64,000 bases of DNA. It comes from Candidatus Methylomirabilia bacterium. Its GTDB lineage: Bacteria > Methylomirabilota > Methylomirabilia > Rokubacteriales > CSP1-6. Where the stretch lies: positions 19,265 to 83,264 of the forward strand of contig JBGQEL010000009.1 of the NCBI GenBank assembly GCA_041496385.1, written 5' to 3'. The position numbers were made by a program, and so were the translations under genes. Under the pieces are notes generated by a model. The model had not been told where the DNA came from, did not search any database, and was given only the letters and a program-made list of their open reading frames with translations. Positions 53,578 through 62,885 of this stretch are shown here, in pieces (the stretch's first letter is position 1; each line of letters starts with the position of its first letter).

Positions 53578-55044
53578 TCACCTTCCGGTCACAAGGTTGC
53601 CAGCAGGCTCATCGCTCCGCTGATAGTCTTGGAGTTCACTGACGATTTTGCCACCCTTTGCATCGTGCGTAATGCTACGCAGAAATGTACGCGTCTCCGG
53701 GGCATACCACGCCTCACGGTAGCGGCGACCACCCAGCGACATCACAGTCTTGAAGGCCATGAACGAGCCCGCGCTGACCGTCACGGCTTCGTAAGCGACG
53801 ACGTCTACCTTCAACTGGCCAGTGACTTTCCGGCCTGAAGAGTCCTCGACTGTAAGAGTCTCTGACCACGTGTCCCCGACTCGCAGGGGCCACTTTACGT
53901 TTTGAAGGGGTGGTGAGAATCGGACCCAGGAGCCATCGGCGTTGCGTGTTTCGACGATTTCATAGTTGTTCGTGAACGTGCCGACGGCCCCGCTTTCCGC
54001 CTCGACGACGAGGCACTCACCCGTGGGGCAGGGCTCCTTTCGGGTCACGTGATACGTGTCCGGGCCCGGCCGATTACTCGCTTTGAAGCGGTACCAGAAT
54101 CCGGGCTGCAGCGACGGGCGAGAAGCAATTGGTGCCGTCGCTGCCCTCGCCGCCGAGGTGGCCCGCGCAGCCGTGACTTCACTCAGGTTGGCCGGAAGGG
54201 GTCGATTCGCGTCCGCATAGTACAAAGACGCTTCGGGTAACCATTTGCGAATCTGGTCCTGCCGTGTCTCCGGACTAGGGTGGGTTGAAAGCAGTTCCCA
54301 AGGTCCAGATCCTGCCGCCTTCTCCATGCGTTCCCAAAGGCCGATCGCCTCCGAAGGATCGTATCCGGCCTTCGCCATATAGAACAACCCGATGTGATCG
54401 GCCTCGGATTCATGATCGCGGCTGAACGGTAGGAGAACGCCAAATTGGGCACCGAGCCCAAGCGCCGCGCCGACAGCCGGGCGATACTTCGAATTCGTTG
54501 TGGCGAGGGCGACGTCTACTGCGGCCAGAGCTATTTGCGCCAAAAGCACCTGGCTTACCCGTTCAGCTTGGTGCCTTGCAACAACGTGAGCCACTTCGTG
54601 CCCTATGACTGCCGCCAACGCCCCTTCTGTCTTGGCCACGGGCAGGAGGCCCGTAAAGACCACAATCTTTCCGTTCGGAAGGACGAAGGCATTCACCTCG
54701 CGCGACTTGACGACGACAGTTTCCCAGGTATACCGGCCGCGAAGCCCAGCAGCGTCGATGATCCGATCGCTTACCCTGTTCACGGTTGTCAGTGTCGCGG
54801 CCGCTTGTGGCGATTCCGATGCAGACAACATCGCGCTCTTTTGCTGAACGAGTCCCATGAATTGGGAAAAACTCTGATTCGCGGCAGTCACCAATTGCTG
54901 GTCGGAGATCATGTTCAGTTGGGACCGGCCGGTGATCGGTACGGTCGCGCAGGCAGAAGCCAGAACCAGCACGCTCAATGAGCAAGCGGGCACGAGACGG
55001 CTTAGGCCCAAAGGCGAGAATTTCCGGATATCTGTAAGCGCCAC
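53578..55044 (-). CDS. M48-family zinc metallopeptidase lipoprotein with extra C-terminal beta domain
   Basis: Lipobox LASAC, NAFVLPNG, HEVAH, ESEAD, LSTHP. Confidence 0.92.
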   Translation of the reverse strand: MALTDIRKFSPLGLSRLVPACSLSVLVLASACATVPITGRSQLNMISDQQLVTAANQSFSQFMGLVQQKSAMLSASESPQAAATLTTVNRVSDRIIDAAGLRGRYTWETVVVKSREVNAFVLPNGKIVVFTGLLPVAKTEGALAAVIGHEVAHVVARHQAERVSQVLLAQIALAAVDVALATTNSKYRPAVGAALGLGAQFGVLLPFSRDHESEADHIGLFYMAKAGYDPSEAIGLWERMEKAAGSGPWELLSTHPSPETRQDQIRKWLPEASLYYADANRPLPANLSEVTAARATSAARAATAPIASRPSLQPGFWYRFKASNRPGPDTYHVTRKEPCPTGECLVVEAESGAVGTFTNNYEIVETRNADGSWVRFSPPLQNVKWPLRVGDTWSETLTVEDSSGRKVTGQLKVDVVAYEAVTVSAGSFMAFKTVMSLGGRRYREAWYAPETRTFLRSITHDAKGGKIVSELQDYQRSDEPAGNLVTGR

Positions 55045-55618
55045 GCCGTCCCCCCGTCGGTGCTTCGCCCTGCTATGCCGAGAGAGTCCCACCTTGAGGT
55101 GATGCTTGGCAAGAGCAATGCCCTCTGTGAGGGAACCCGCTCAACCCACCTCCGTGGGAAGAACTAGTTGCGCCCTCGCGCGGCGTACTCGCTGCGCGCC
55201 ACGGTGAGGGGACTCAGCGACCTTGCGAACCGAGCGGCTTCGGGGGTGTCCCGCGTGAGCCGGGGAGCCGTTGTTGAAGGCATGGGCCCGGCTGAAGACG
55301 CCGACTAGGATCGCTTCTTCGACTTCTTCCCCGCTCTCGGGCGCTTTGCTGGCGAAGGTGTATTCGGGTGATGTTTGCGGGCTATGCGAGGATCAAGGGG
55401 ATAGAGAGAAAATCTCTCGTCCGCCGCCTTCGTGGTGCCCTTCTTCCTTTTCATGGGCCCATTGTCGCTTCATATGCTTGTGGTAGCCAGCAGCGAATCC
55501 CGTCGTCTCTCTCCTGTGGGTTTTGTGATCGCCCTGGGGTGAGCGACAGGGTGGTGCCGTGTATAGCTCGGCCCCGCGACGTGGGGGGATGTTGGGCCTT
55601 GGGGGTGGGTTCGGTTCA

Positions 55619-55651
55619 GTGCGAATCCCGGTGCTACTCCCGGTGCGACTC
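55619..55651 (+). repeat. putative integrase arm-type sites (right)
   Basis: GTGCGAATC / GTGCTACTC / GTGCGACTC at 12-bp period. Confidence 0.7.
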
Positions 55652-55792
55652 GCCCATCATCGTCTAGCTCATGCCGTCATCGTCCAGCGACTAACCTCGC
55701 AAGGCGAACCGCGTGGACTGGCGAGGAGATAGATGCGACGAGGCGCGACCGGCTGCGACCGACCGTGACCGGCGAAATCGCGTCTGAACGGC

Positions 55793-55839
55793 CTGTTAAT
55801 CAGGATGTCGCTGGTTCGAGTCCAGCCCGGGGAGCCAAC
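55793..55839 (+). repeat. attR of island 1 / attL of island 2 (3' part of tRNA-Asn)
   Basis: 47-bp identity to 44914-44960. Confidence 0.95.
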
Positions 55840-55847
55840 ATCTTCAA

Positions 55848-56610
55848 TCACTTCGGACCACTCCATCCGCCGCGCACGGTTCTGGTTCCACTTTCTGGTT
55901 CCAACTTCGAGCCAGTCTCCCTCTTCACCGAATCGCTGGCCGACTTCCGGTCGAGGCTGTTGACCCACCGCTTGCCTTTGCTCGGGATCCACTTTGCGTA
56001 GTACCGAAGGGTCGTCGCCGGGCTTGCGTGACCCAGTTGCGCCGCGACGTAGGTAATCGGCGCACCCTCAGCGAGCAGCAGGCTGGCGAACGTGTGCCGT
56101 AGGTCGTAGACCCGATAGTGAGGTAGCCCGGCCTGCTTAAGGGTGCGCCGGAAGACAGCGGCCGCGTGATCCTTGTCCATCAAGGCCCCGTCGTCTTTCG
56201 GAAACAGCCACTCCGGCTCGCCGGACCCGGCGCGGAGGGCCTCGGCCTTCAGCCACGTCAGGTGGCGCTTAAGGGTAAGAGTGAGATCCGACGTGAGATC
56301 CACGGTGCGAGTTTCGTGGGTCTTGGTGTCCTTGACGTGCCCGTCGTCCGTCGCGGCTCTCTCGACCCGGAGCGTCTGGTTCTTGAAGTCGATGTCCATC
56401 GGTCTCAGCGCGAAGCCCTCGCCGGGCCTGAGTCCCGCCTTGACCAGCGTGGCGAACAGGGCATGGTGGCGGCGATCGGAGGCAGCTTTCGCGAGAAAGT
56501 TATCCCGGTGCTCCCACGACATCGGGCGGATCTTTTGGAACCGCTCGGCCTGCGTCATCGTCTCCGCCCTCTTGCCGCGCTTGCGCCCGGCCCCGAAGGC
56601 GGGGTTCATG
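55848..56610 (-). pseudogene. tyrosine integrase, N-terminus removed at the IS boundary
   Basis: AGLRPGE, TKT, YDLRHTFAS, LGH...TLRYY; arm and core-binding region missing; ORF begins at the IS edge. Confidence 0.88.
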
Positions 56611-56680
56611 TGACCTGCCCGGGGATTTTCGGACCAGCTGAAGCCTGAGAGAATGGCGCCCTCGGAGAAACGAGGGGGTC

Positions 56681-56944
56681 ATGAAGAAGGGCCGATTCAC
56701 CGAAGAGCAGATGGTGACCATCCTGCGCGAGGCCGATCAGCAGCCGATCGCCGAGGTGGCGAAGAAGCACCGGGTTAGCGAGCAAACCATCTATGCCTGG
56801 CGCAAACGATTCGGGACGTTGGAGCCCGCCGACGTGAAGCGCCTGCGGCAGCTCGAGCTCGAGAACGGGCGGCTGAAGAAAATGGTGGCCGACCGGGACC
56901 TCGAGATCGACGTGCTCAAGGAGATCACGCGAAAAAAATGGTAG
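56681..56944 (+). CDS. IS3 transposase OrfA
   Basis: MKKGRFTEEQ, HTH, LELENGRLKK. Confidence 0.92.
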   Translation: MKKGRFTEEQMVTILREADQQPIAEVAKKHRVSEQTIYAWRKRFGTLEPADVKRLRQLELENGRLKKMVADRDLEIDVLKEITRKKW

Positions 56945-57830
56945 GCGCACGCGGGCGCCGGGAGCAGGTCGCCTTCGCGCGGGCGCGCGGCCTGTCGAGC
57001 CGCCGCGCGTGCGCCGTGCTGTCGGTCGCCCGGTCGACCTTGGGGTATCGGTCGCGGCGGGCGGTGCGTGACGCGCCGGTGCTCCAGGCGATGCGGGCCT
57101 TGGCCGGGCAATATCCGCGGTACGGGTACCGCCGCATCCGGATCTTCTTGCAGCGCGCCGGCCATGTGCTGGGGATCGATCGGACCCACCGGCTCTGGCG
57201 GCAGGCCGAGCTCCAAGTGCCGCGCCGACGCCCGCGCCGACGTGTGGCAACGGCGCGGCCGCGGCCGCTCCCGGCCTCGGCCGCCCAGCACGTGTGGGCG
57301 TACGATTTCGTCTTCGATACGTGTGCGAATGGCCAGACGTTGAAATGCCTGACGATCATCGACGAGTTCACCCGCGAGTGCTTGGCCATCGACGTGGCCG
57401 GCGGCATTCGCTCCGGCCGGGTGATCGAGGTGCTCGCGCAGCTCGTGACCTCCACGGCGCCCCGCGGCACTTGCGCTCCGACAACGGCCCCGAGTTCGTG
57501 GCGGGCGCCATCCTGCGCTGGCTGCAGACGGCGCAGATCGAAACCGCGCTCATCGATCCGGGGAAGCCGTGGCAGAATGGCGCCGACGAATCGTTCAACG
57601 GCAAGCTCCGCGACGAGTATCTCAGCCTGCAATGGTTCCGCAACCGCGTCGAAGCCAGGGTGGGCATCGAGCAATGGCGGCGTCACTACAACGAGGTGCG
57701 ACCCCATTCGAGTCTCGGGTACCTGACGCCGATGGAATTCAAGGCGCGCGGCGGGGCCCGCCTCACCGAGGGATCAAACGCACCACAACACACGCTCACG
57801 GAGCGTCCGATGGGCGCGGTTCTCCAGTAA
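56938..57830 (+). pseudogene. IS3 transposase OrfB with an internal frameshift near 57450
   Basis: WAYDF..D...IIDEFTRE in one frame; RSDNGPEF...ESFNG..RDE in another. Confidence 0.85.
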
Positions 57831-57963
57831 TCAGTGGTCCGAAGAACCCCGGCAGGTCACCCACTCGATTTCCACCTGCTGACGTTACCCCTGGAGCAGC
57901 ATTCCCAGACTGCTAGAGTGTCTCGAACATCTAGCTCTGGACGGCACTGGAGGAGGCCGGGAC

Positions 57964-59097
57964 ATGACGGATGATCGTGACCCGGCGGCGCGCTACCTCG
58001 AGAACTGGCAGGACGAAGTCGACAGCGCCGCCGAATACCGGGCGATGGCGGCCGCCGAGCCGGATCCCCGGCTGGCCAAGGTCTACGCCAACCTCGCGGC
58101 GATGGAGGAAGCGCACATCGCGTTCTGGGAGACACGCTTGCGCGACGCCGGCGCGTTGGTCCCGCCCCGTCGTGCGTCCTGGCGCAGCCGCGTGCTCGGG
58201 GCGATCGCGCGGCGGCTGGGGCCGGACCTGGTGCTGGCCACCATCGCGGCGAAGGAAGAGGTCGACCAAAACGTCTACGTTAACCAGCCGGAAACTGCCG
58301 GTACCCGCATGCCGGCCCAGGAGCGCTGGCATGCGAAGGTTCTCAAGCAGCTCGTCACGAGCCAGCCGCGCGGCGTCGAGGGCAGCTTCCTGGCGCGCCT
58401 CGAGGGCCGGCATCGATCGGTGGGCGGCAACGCCCTGCGGGCGGCGGTGCTGGGGGCCAACGACGGGCTGTGCTCGAACCTCAGCCTCGTCATGGGTGTG
58501 GCGGGCGCCTCGGTCGACAGCCACGGCCTGCTCGTCACCGGCGTGGCGGGGCTCGTGGCCGGCGCCTGCTCGATGGCCCTGGGCGAGTGGGTGTCGGTGA
58601 CGAGCTCACGCGAGCTGGCGCAGCGCGAGATCCGGATCGAGACCGGCGAGCTCACCGAGGACCCCGAGGGCGAGGGCGACGAGCTGAAGCTGATCTACGA
58701 GGCCAAGGGCCTGAGCCCGAGCGAGGCCGACACGATGGTCAAGCACCTGCTCGCCGATCGAAGCAGCGCCATCGACGCACTGGCCCGCGAGGAGCTGGGC
58801 ATCGACCCCGCTCAGCTCGGCGGCTCGGCGTGGGAAGCGGCGCTCACCTCGTTCGTGCTCTTTGCCATGGGCGCGCTGGTGCCGATCCTGCCGTTCCTCG
58901 TCGCGCGCGGCAACCTCGCCGTGGCCGCGAGCGCCGTCGTCAGCGCGCTGGGCCTCTTCGGCATCGGCGCCGCGATCACGATCTTCACGGGGGCACCGGT
59001 GTGGCGATCGGGCGGCCGCCAGCTCCTGCTGGGCCTGGCGGCGGCCGGCGTGACGTTCGGCCTCGGCCGGCTGATCGGCATGGCGATCACCGGCTGA
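57964..59097 (+). CDS. ferritin/rubrerythrin-like plus VIT1/CCC1 iron/manganese exporter
   Basis: N-terminal E..Y...E..H helices; LRAAVLGANDGL.SN, SMALGEW; SD GGAGG. Confidence 0.92.
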   Translation: MTDDRDPAARYLENWQDEVDSAAEYRAMAAAEPDPRLAKVYANLAAMEEAHIAFWETRLRDAGALVPPRRASWRSRVLGAIARRLGPDLVLATIAAKEEVDQNVYVNQPETAGTRMPAQERWHAKVLKQLVTSQPRGVEGSFLARLEGRHRSVGGNALRAAVLGANDGLCSNLSLVMGVAGASVDSHGLLVTGVAGLVAGACSMALGEWVSVTSSRELAQREIRIETGELTEDPEGEGDELKLIYEAKGLSPSEADTMVKHLLADRSSAIDALAREELGIDPAQLGGSAWEAALTSFVLFAMGALVPILPFLVARGNLAVAASAVVSALGLFGIGAAITIFTGAPVWRSGGRQLLLGLAAAGVTFGLGRLIGMAITG

Positions 59098-59409
59098 TAG
59101 ACACGGATGGGTGAGACACGCGGGATCAAGAGGGTCGGGACGAGCCAGCCGACTCGTGAGCACGGAGAGGCCGTGACCGCACCACTCGTTCACCGGTCTG
59201 CGAGTGCGTGGTCGCCGCTCGTCGTCTGCGTGCGCGGCCTCGAGGATGTCGACAGCCGGCTCCCGGCGGCCAGCAAGTGGATCCTTACAGTTATTAGAGT
59301 CGGGAAAAGTGCTCGGCACACGCTCCTTGCCTCAAATCGCTCGGCCTGCCCTGCGGGGTGCCGTTAGGAAGGTGGCATTCCGCTCTTCGAAATAGCGAGA
59401 AATGGCGAC

Positions 59410-59503
59410 AGGCAGCTCAACGCTCGTCCTCGACAAGCGCTGGGATGGATGAAACCCTCCGAGATGTTCAGCCGCGCTGTTGCATCGACCGGTTGAGAGT
59501 GCC
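59410..59503 (+). mobile_element. IS30-family transposase 3' relic
   Basis: Hand translation RQLNARPRQALGWMKPSEMFSRAVASTG*, matching the IS30 LNxRPRxxLGW tail. Confidence 0.7.
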
Positions 59504-59630
59504 GGAGCAAGTCCAGGCCGTGACGAACACCACATGACTTGTCTGACCAGGTGGCAACGCCGCGACGCCTCGTGCTGGATCCACGTTCACGGCAGCCATC
59601 GGCCCCTCGATCCGCCCGTTATGTCTCGAC

Positions 59631-60455
59631 TTATCCGCGGCGACTGTAGAGCTTCAGAGCCCAGTTCCGCTGGGACACCGGGATGATCCGTGAGGTGAGC
59701 AGATTGATGATGCCGCAGCCGATAGTGACGAGGTTGCGCGGGACCCTACGGAAGGCAATATTGCCGCAATGCGGGCACATTGACGTACTGTCCCAGTCGG
59801 CCCATCTCCCCCCGTATGTCTGGTTCACGTGGAGAACGAGTTCAAGATGATACGGGTCGCGCTTTCCCACGTATCTAGTTGAAGTGGAGAAGAAATCCTC
59901 AAAGATTCTATCGAGCCCTCGGTTCGAAAACCGTCGAACGTGCCCCCATACATGAAATACAGTCCCACAGTCCGGGCATTGCGTACGGCCGAGCCGCAAG
60001 TTCTCCTTGTAGGGAACGGAAATGAGTATGTATTTACGCGCGACCCTTCTCAGCTCGTCGAGCGTGTGCCGAAACATCTCGTCAGGCAGATGCTCGAGAA
60101 CCTCACAGCACAAAACAAGGTCGAATGAGCTATCCGAAAACGGAAGGCGCTCTGAACTCGCACACACCGCTTTCCCGCCCAAGCGCTCCAGCGAGCGGTA
60201 TGAGTAGTCCGCTCCAACGGCGTTGACACCCGCCGGCAGCCGTTCGAACATTCGCCCGTCGCCACAGCCAACGTCGAGAACCGAGCCCACGTCCGACGGT
60301 ATCATGCCGATCGTCGCCGCGATCCTCTGCAGCTCGAGCGGCGACAGGTCATGGCTCCGCTGTTCGCCGAGATACTCGATGACGCTCCGATATCTATCGC
60401 TCGTGCTCACGTCCTTACGATGCACGCCGAGTGGTGTATTGAACGGTGTCGTCAT
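59631..60455 (-). CDS. class I SAM-dependent methyltransferase with two CxxC motifs
   Basis: VLDVGCGDG, LPF...FDLV...EVLEH; ATGA overlap with the flippase. Confidence 0.88.
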   Translation of the reverse strand: MTTPFNTPLGVHRKDVSTSDRYRSVIEYLGEQRSHDLSPLELQRIAATIGMIPSDVGSVLDVGCGDGRMFERLPAGVNAVGADYSYRSLERLGGKAVCASSERLPFSDSSFDLVLCCEVLEHLPDEMFRHTLDELRRVARKYILISVPYKENLRLGRTQCPDCGTVFHVWGHVRRFSNRGLDRIFEDFFSTSTRYVGKRDPYHLELVLHVNQTYGGRWADWDSTSMCPHCGNIAFRRVPRNLVTIGCGIINLLTSRIIPVSQRNWALKLYSRRG

Positions 60456-61924
60456 TTCGCCGCCGTTGGCGTCTGTCCGCGGCGGAACAGCCAGCCCGCC
60501 GCCTCCTGAATCTCGCCTCGGACGGACCCGCCACACGCAAGCAGCGTCGCACCATAGGTTGCTGCGCCGACCGATGTCATCAACGAGAGGCGAGCCAGCG
60601 CCAGGTCATGACGCCACGAGGAAATGCCCCAGTTGACCACCAACACACTTGCGGCCATCACAACGGCGGCTCCGATTGGTGGCCGAAGCTGCGCCCAAAT
60701 CATTTCGAGTGACACGTCGATAGTTCGGAAGGCCTCCCTTGCCAGTCTGGTCAGCGCGATGGGATAGACCGTCACCCATGCGAGCGCGACGCCGATGGCT
60801 CCCCACCAGATCGCGCCGCCGCAGAAGGCCACAGGCATGATGACCAACTGCACGGCGGTGTAGCCAAACAGAAACTTGGCACGGTAGCGAGCCATCAACA
60901 CTGGCGGCAGCAGGACCGCCACCGATCGAATCAGAGCGTACATGGACAGCACTTGAATCACCGGCACCGCGCTGATCCACTTTTCGGTGAGCACGACCTC
61001 CACGAGGTCACGCGCGACCAACGTCAATCCGATACAGAGCGGAAACGCAGCCCAAGCGACCAATCGAACTGCCTTCAGGAACGCCGCGCGCAAGCCCTCG
61101 CGATCGGCCTGCAGCTCAGCCATCACAGGAGTCGCGAGCTGATTGATCATTCCCGACAGCTTCTCGACAGGTAAGAGCGCCAACTGCTTGGCCATGGAGT
61201 AAAGGCCCAGCACGGCGTCGCCGGAGGCCTTCCCCAAGATAAACGCATCAGCCTGTTCATAGACGGCCCAGCAGACTCTCGTGCCCAGCATCGCTCCGCT
61301 ATAGTGGAGGACCTCGCGGACTCTTCGCCCGCCCAGCTGGAGACCCGGCCTCCACCGCACAAGCGTAAAGGTGACCGCACTTTGCACCAGGGGAGTAGTC
61401 AGCGCTCCCGTTACGAGCGCCCAGACCCCGAAGCCCGCCCACGCCATGCCGACCACGACGGGAATAGTCATCAGCGCCGCGGCCACCTCGGCACGAGACA
61501 CCCGGTCGAACTCGATCCGCCGCCTCAGCAAGCCGTCCGGAACAATTCGCACGGCGACAAGAGGCAAGGCCAATCCCAGCACGCGCAAGACCATCAAAAG
61601 CCTCGGACTGCCAAACCACACAGCGATGACCGGCGCGGCGACGTACAGAGCCCCGTACCCCAGAGCCGCCACGCTCATGGTCAGCCAGAAGCACGTATTG
61701 AGCTCGCGGTCGCTGAGATCATGAAATTGAACGATCGCCGCACCCAGGCCAAGTTCGGCGAGCAGCGCAATGATGCCGGTCCAGATGCCGGCCAGCGCCA
61801 TCAGCCCGTAGTCGGTTGGACTCAAGAGCCGCACGACCATGATGGTCGCGACAAACGAGATGCCCTGGAGGGTGACCCGCGACCAAGTCATCCAGAACAC
61901 CGACTTGGCGATTCGTTCTCTCAC
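60452..61924 (-). CDS. polysaccharide flippase (Wzx/WzxC-like)
   Basis: VRLLSPTDYGL, ELGLGAAIVQ, GFGVWALV; many TM segments. Confidence 0.92.
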   Translation of the reverse strand: MRERIAKSVFWMTWSRVTLQGISFVATIMVVRLLSPTDYGLMALAGIWTGIIALLAELGLGAAIVQFHDLSDRELNTCFWLTMSVAALGYGALYVAAPVIAVWFGSPRLLMVLRVLGLALPLVAVRIVPDGLLRRRIEFDRVSRAEVAAALMTIPVVVGMAWAGFGVWALVTGALTTPLVQSAVTFTLVRWRPGLQLGGRRVREVLHYSGAMLGTRVCWAVYEQADAFILGKASGDAVLGLYSMAKQLALLPVEKLSGMINQLATPVMAELQADREGLRAAFLKAVRLVAWAAFPLCIGLTLVARDLVEVVLTEKWISAVPVIQVLSMYALIRSVAVLLPPVLMARYRAKFLFGYTAVQLVIMPVAFCGGAIWWGAIGVALAWVTVYPIALTRLAREAFRTIDVSLEMIWAQLRPPIGAAVVMAASVLVVNWGISSWRHDLALARLSLMTSVGAATYGATLLACGGSVRGEIQEAAGWLFRRGQTPTAAK

Positions 61925-62885
61925 CGCAACGCTCTCCTGACCAACGCGGCCAGAACTGGGAGCACTTCTCCTGCCCTGGCAACTAACGTGATGTCAACAC
62001 CCTGCGAAGCCTTGTCAGCCGGACCATGCTCGAGAGGTTCTGTCACGCGTCACCCACTCACTGGATTATGCCCTCCGCACCAGCGAGGAGCCGCCGAGAG
62101 CGCATTTCTTGCGGGTGTGACGCTATTGTGGCCTAGTCCGTTTACCTCTCAAAACGAAAATGTGGGCGCCTGGCAGATCCTCGCGAGGACCCCGTCGGGT
62201 GTTTCCCTCCAGCCGGACGTGGCGCGGTGAGGACCGCCTACGGTCCCCTTGCCTCGATGAACGCCGACCGTCGCCCCCGGCCCGTCAGCATTTCGCTCGT
62301 GACGCCGTGCGGCGGAACGCTCAGTGGACGCCCAGTCGTGGGTTCCTAGGTCTCATCACCGGCTACGACTCGTGGAAAGGCCGCTCGAGGAAGCCATTAC
62401 TAGCCCCGGCGCCGGTCCCCGCGACTCAGTGATTCGCCTGCCGCTTGACCGAAAACACGATCGCGGGGAACGGCGGTCCGATCCCAGTTTCCCGGGAGAT
62501 TCCCGCTCGGATTCCCGGCTGCGTCCTAAGCTTCTCAGATTTAGTCTCAGCTCGTGGGACCTCGTGGGAACAGGACGAACAGGGGACGCAAACGACCAGC
62601 GAATTTCAGTCCTGCGGGTGCGGGCGTTGACTCAACAGCACCTAACTTCTTTCAGCCTTTACGAAAGCGCGTGGCGGACTGTAAACACGGGTTCGAATCC
62701 CGATTCCTATCCGGCTTGAGGAAGACTCTGTAGATTCTCGAAAAGCCGCTTAATCTCAGGCGGCGGAGCGAGGCAAAGAGTTCGAAACGTGTCAACTACG
62801 GGGAGCCAACCTTCAGCGGCCAAAGGTCGTTCATCCACTTCTTGATCGCCCGATGTTCTGGCGCCGCCGTGCGCCCGATCTTCTC

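Larger units (their letters stand above)
44914..55839. mobile_element. integrative island 1 (~10.9 kb) at tRNA-Asn
   Basis: Identical 47-bp direct repeats at 44914-44960 and 55793-55839; integrase next to attL; lower GC than the flanking core genes. Confidence 0.93.
56611..57859 (+). mobile_element. IS3-family insertion sequence (IS407-group-like), 1249 bp
   Basis: TG...CA ends with imperfect IRs TGACCTGCCCGGGGATTTTCGGACCA; orfA/orfB with an A7 slippery site at 56932-56938. Confidence 0.93.
55793..62810. mobile_element. degraded integrative island 2 at tRNA-Asn (right end tentative)
   Basis: Second integrase next to the att copy; 12-bp CGGGGAGCCAAC at 62799-62810 matches the tRNA 3' end. 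Confidence 0.6.

Noticed and set aside
49425..55100. Integron cassette array
   Set aside because: The genes overlap, leaving no room for attC sites, and I see no IntI-specific insertion in the integrase.
55260..55269. Extra att copy CCGGGGAGCC
   Set aside because: Only 10 bp, nearly all GC, and not at a boundary; likely chance.
57964..59097. Ferritin-like/VIT1 fusion as a novel architecture
   Set aside because: Erythrin-VIT1 fusions (MbfA-like) are already described.
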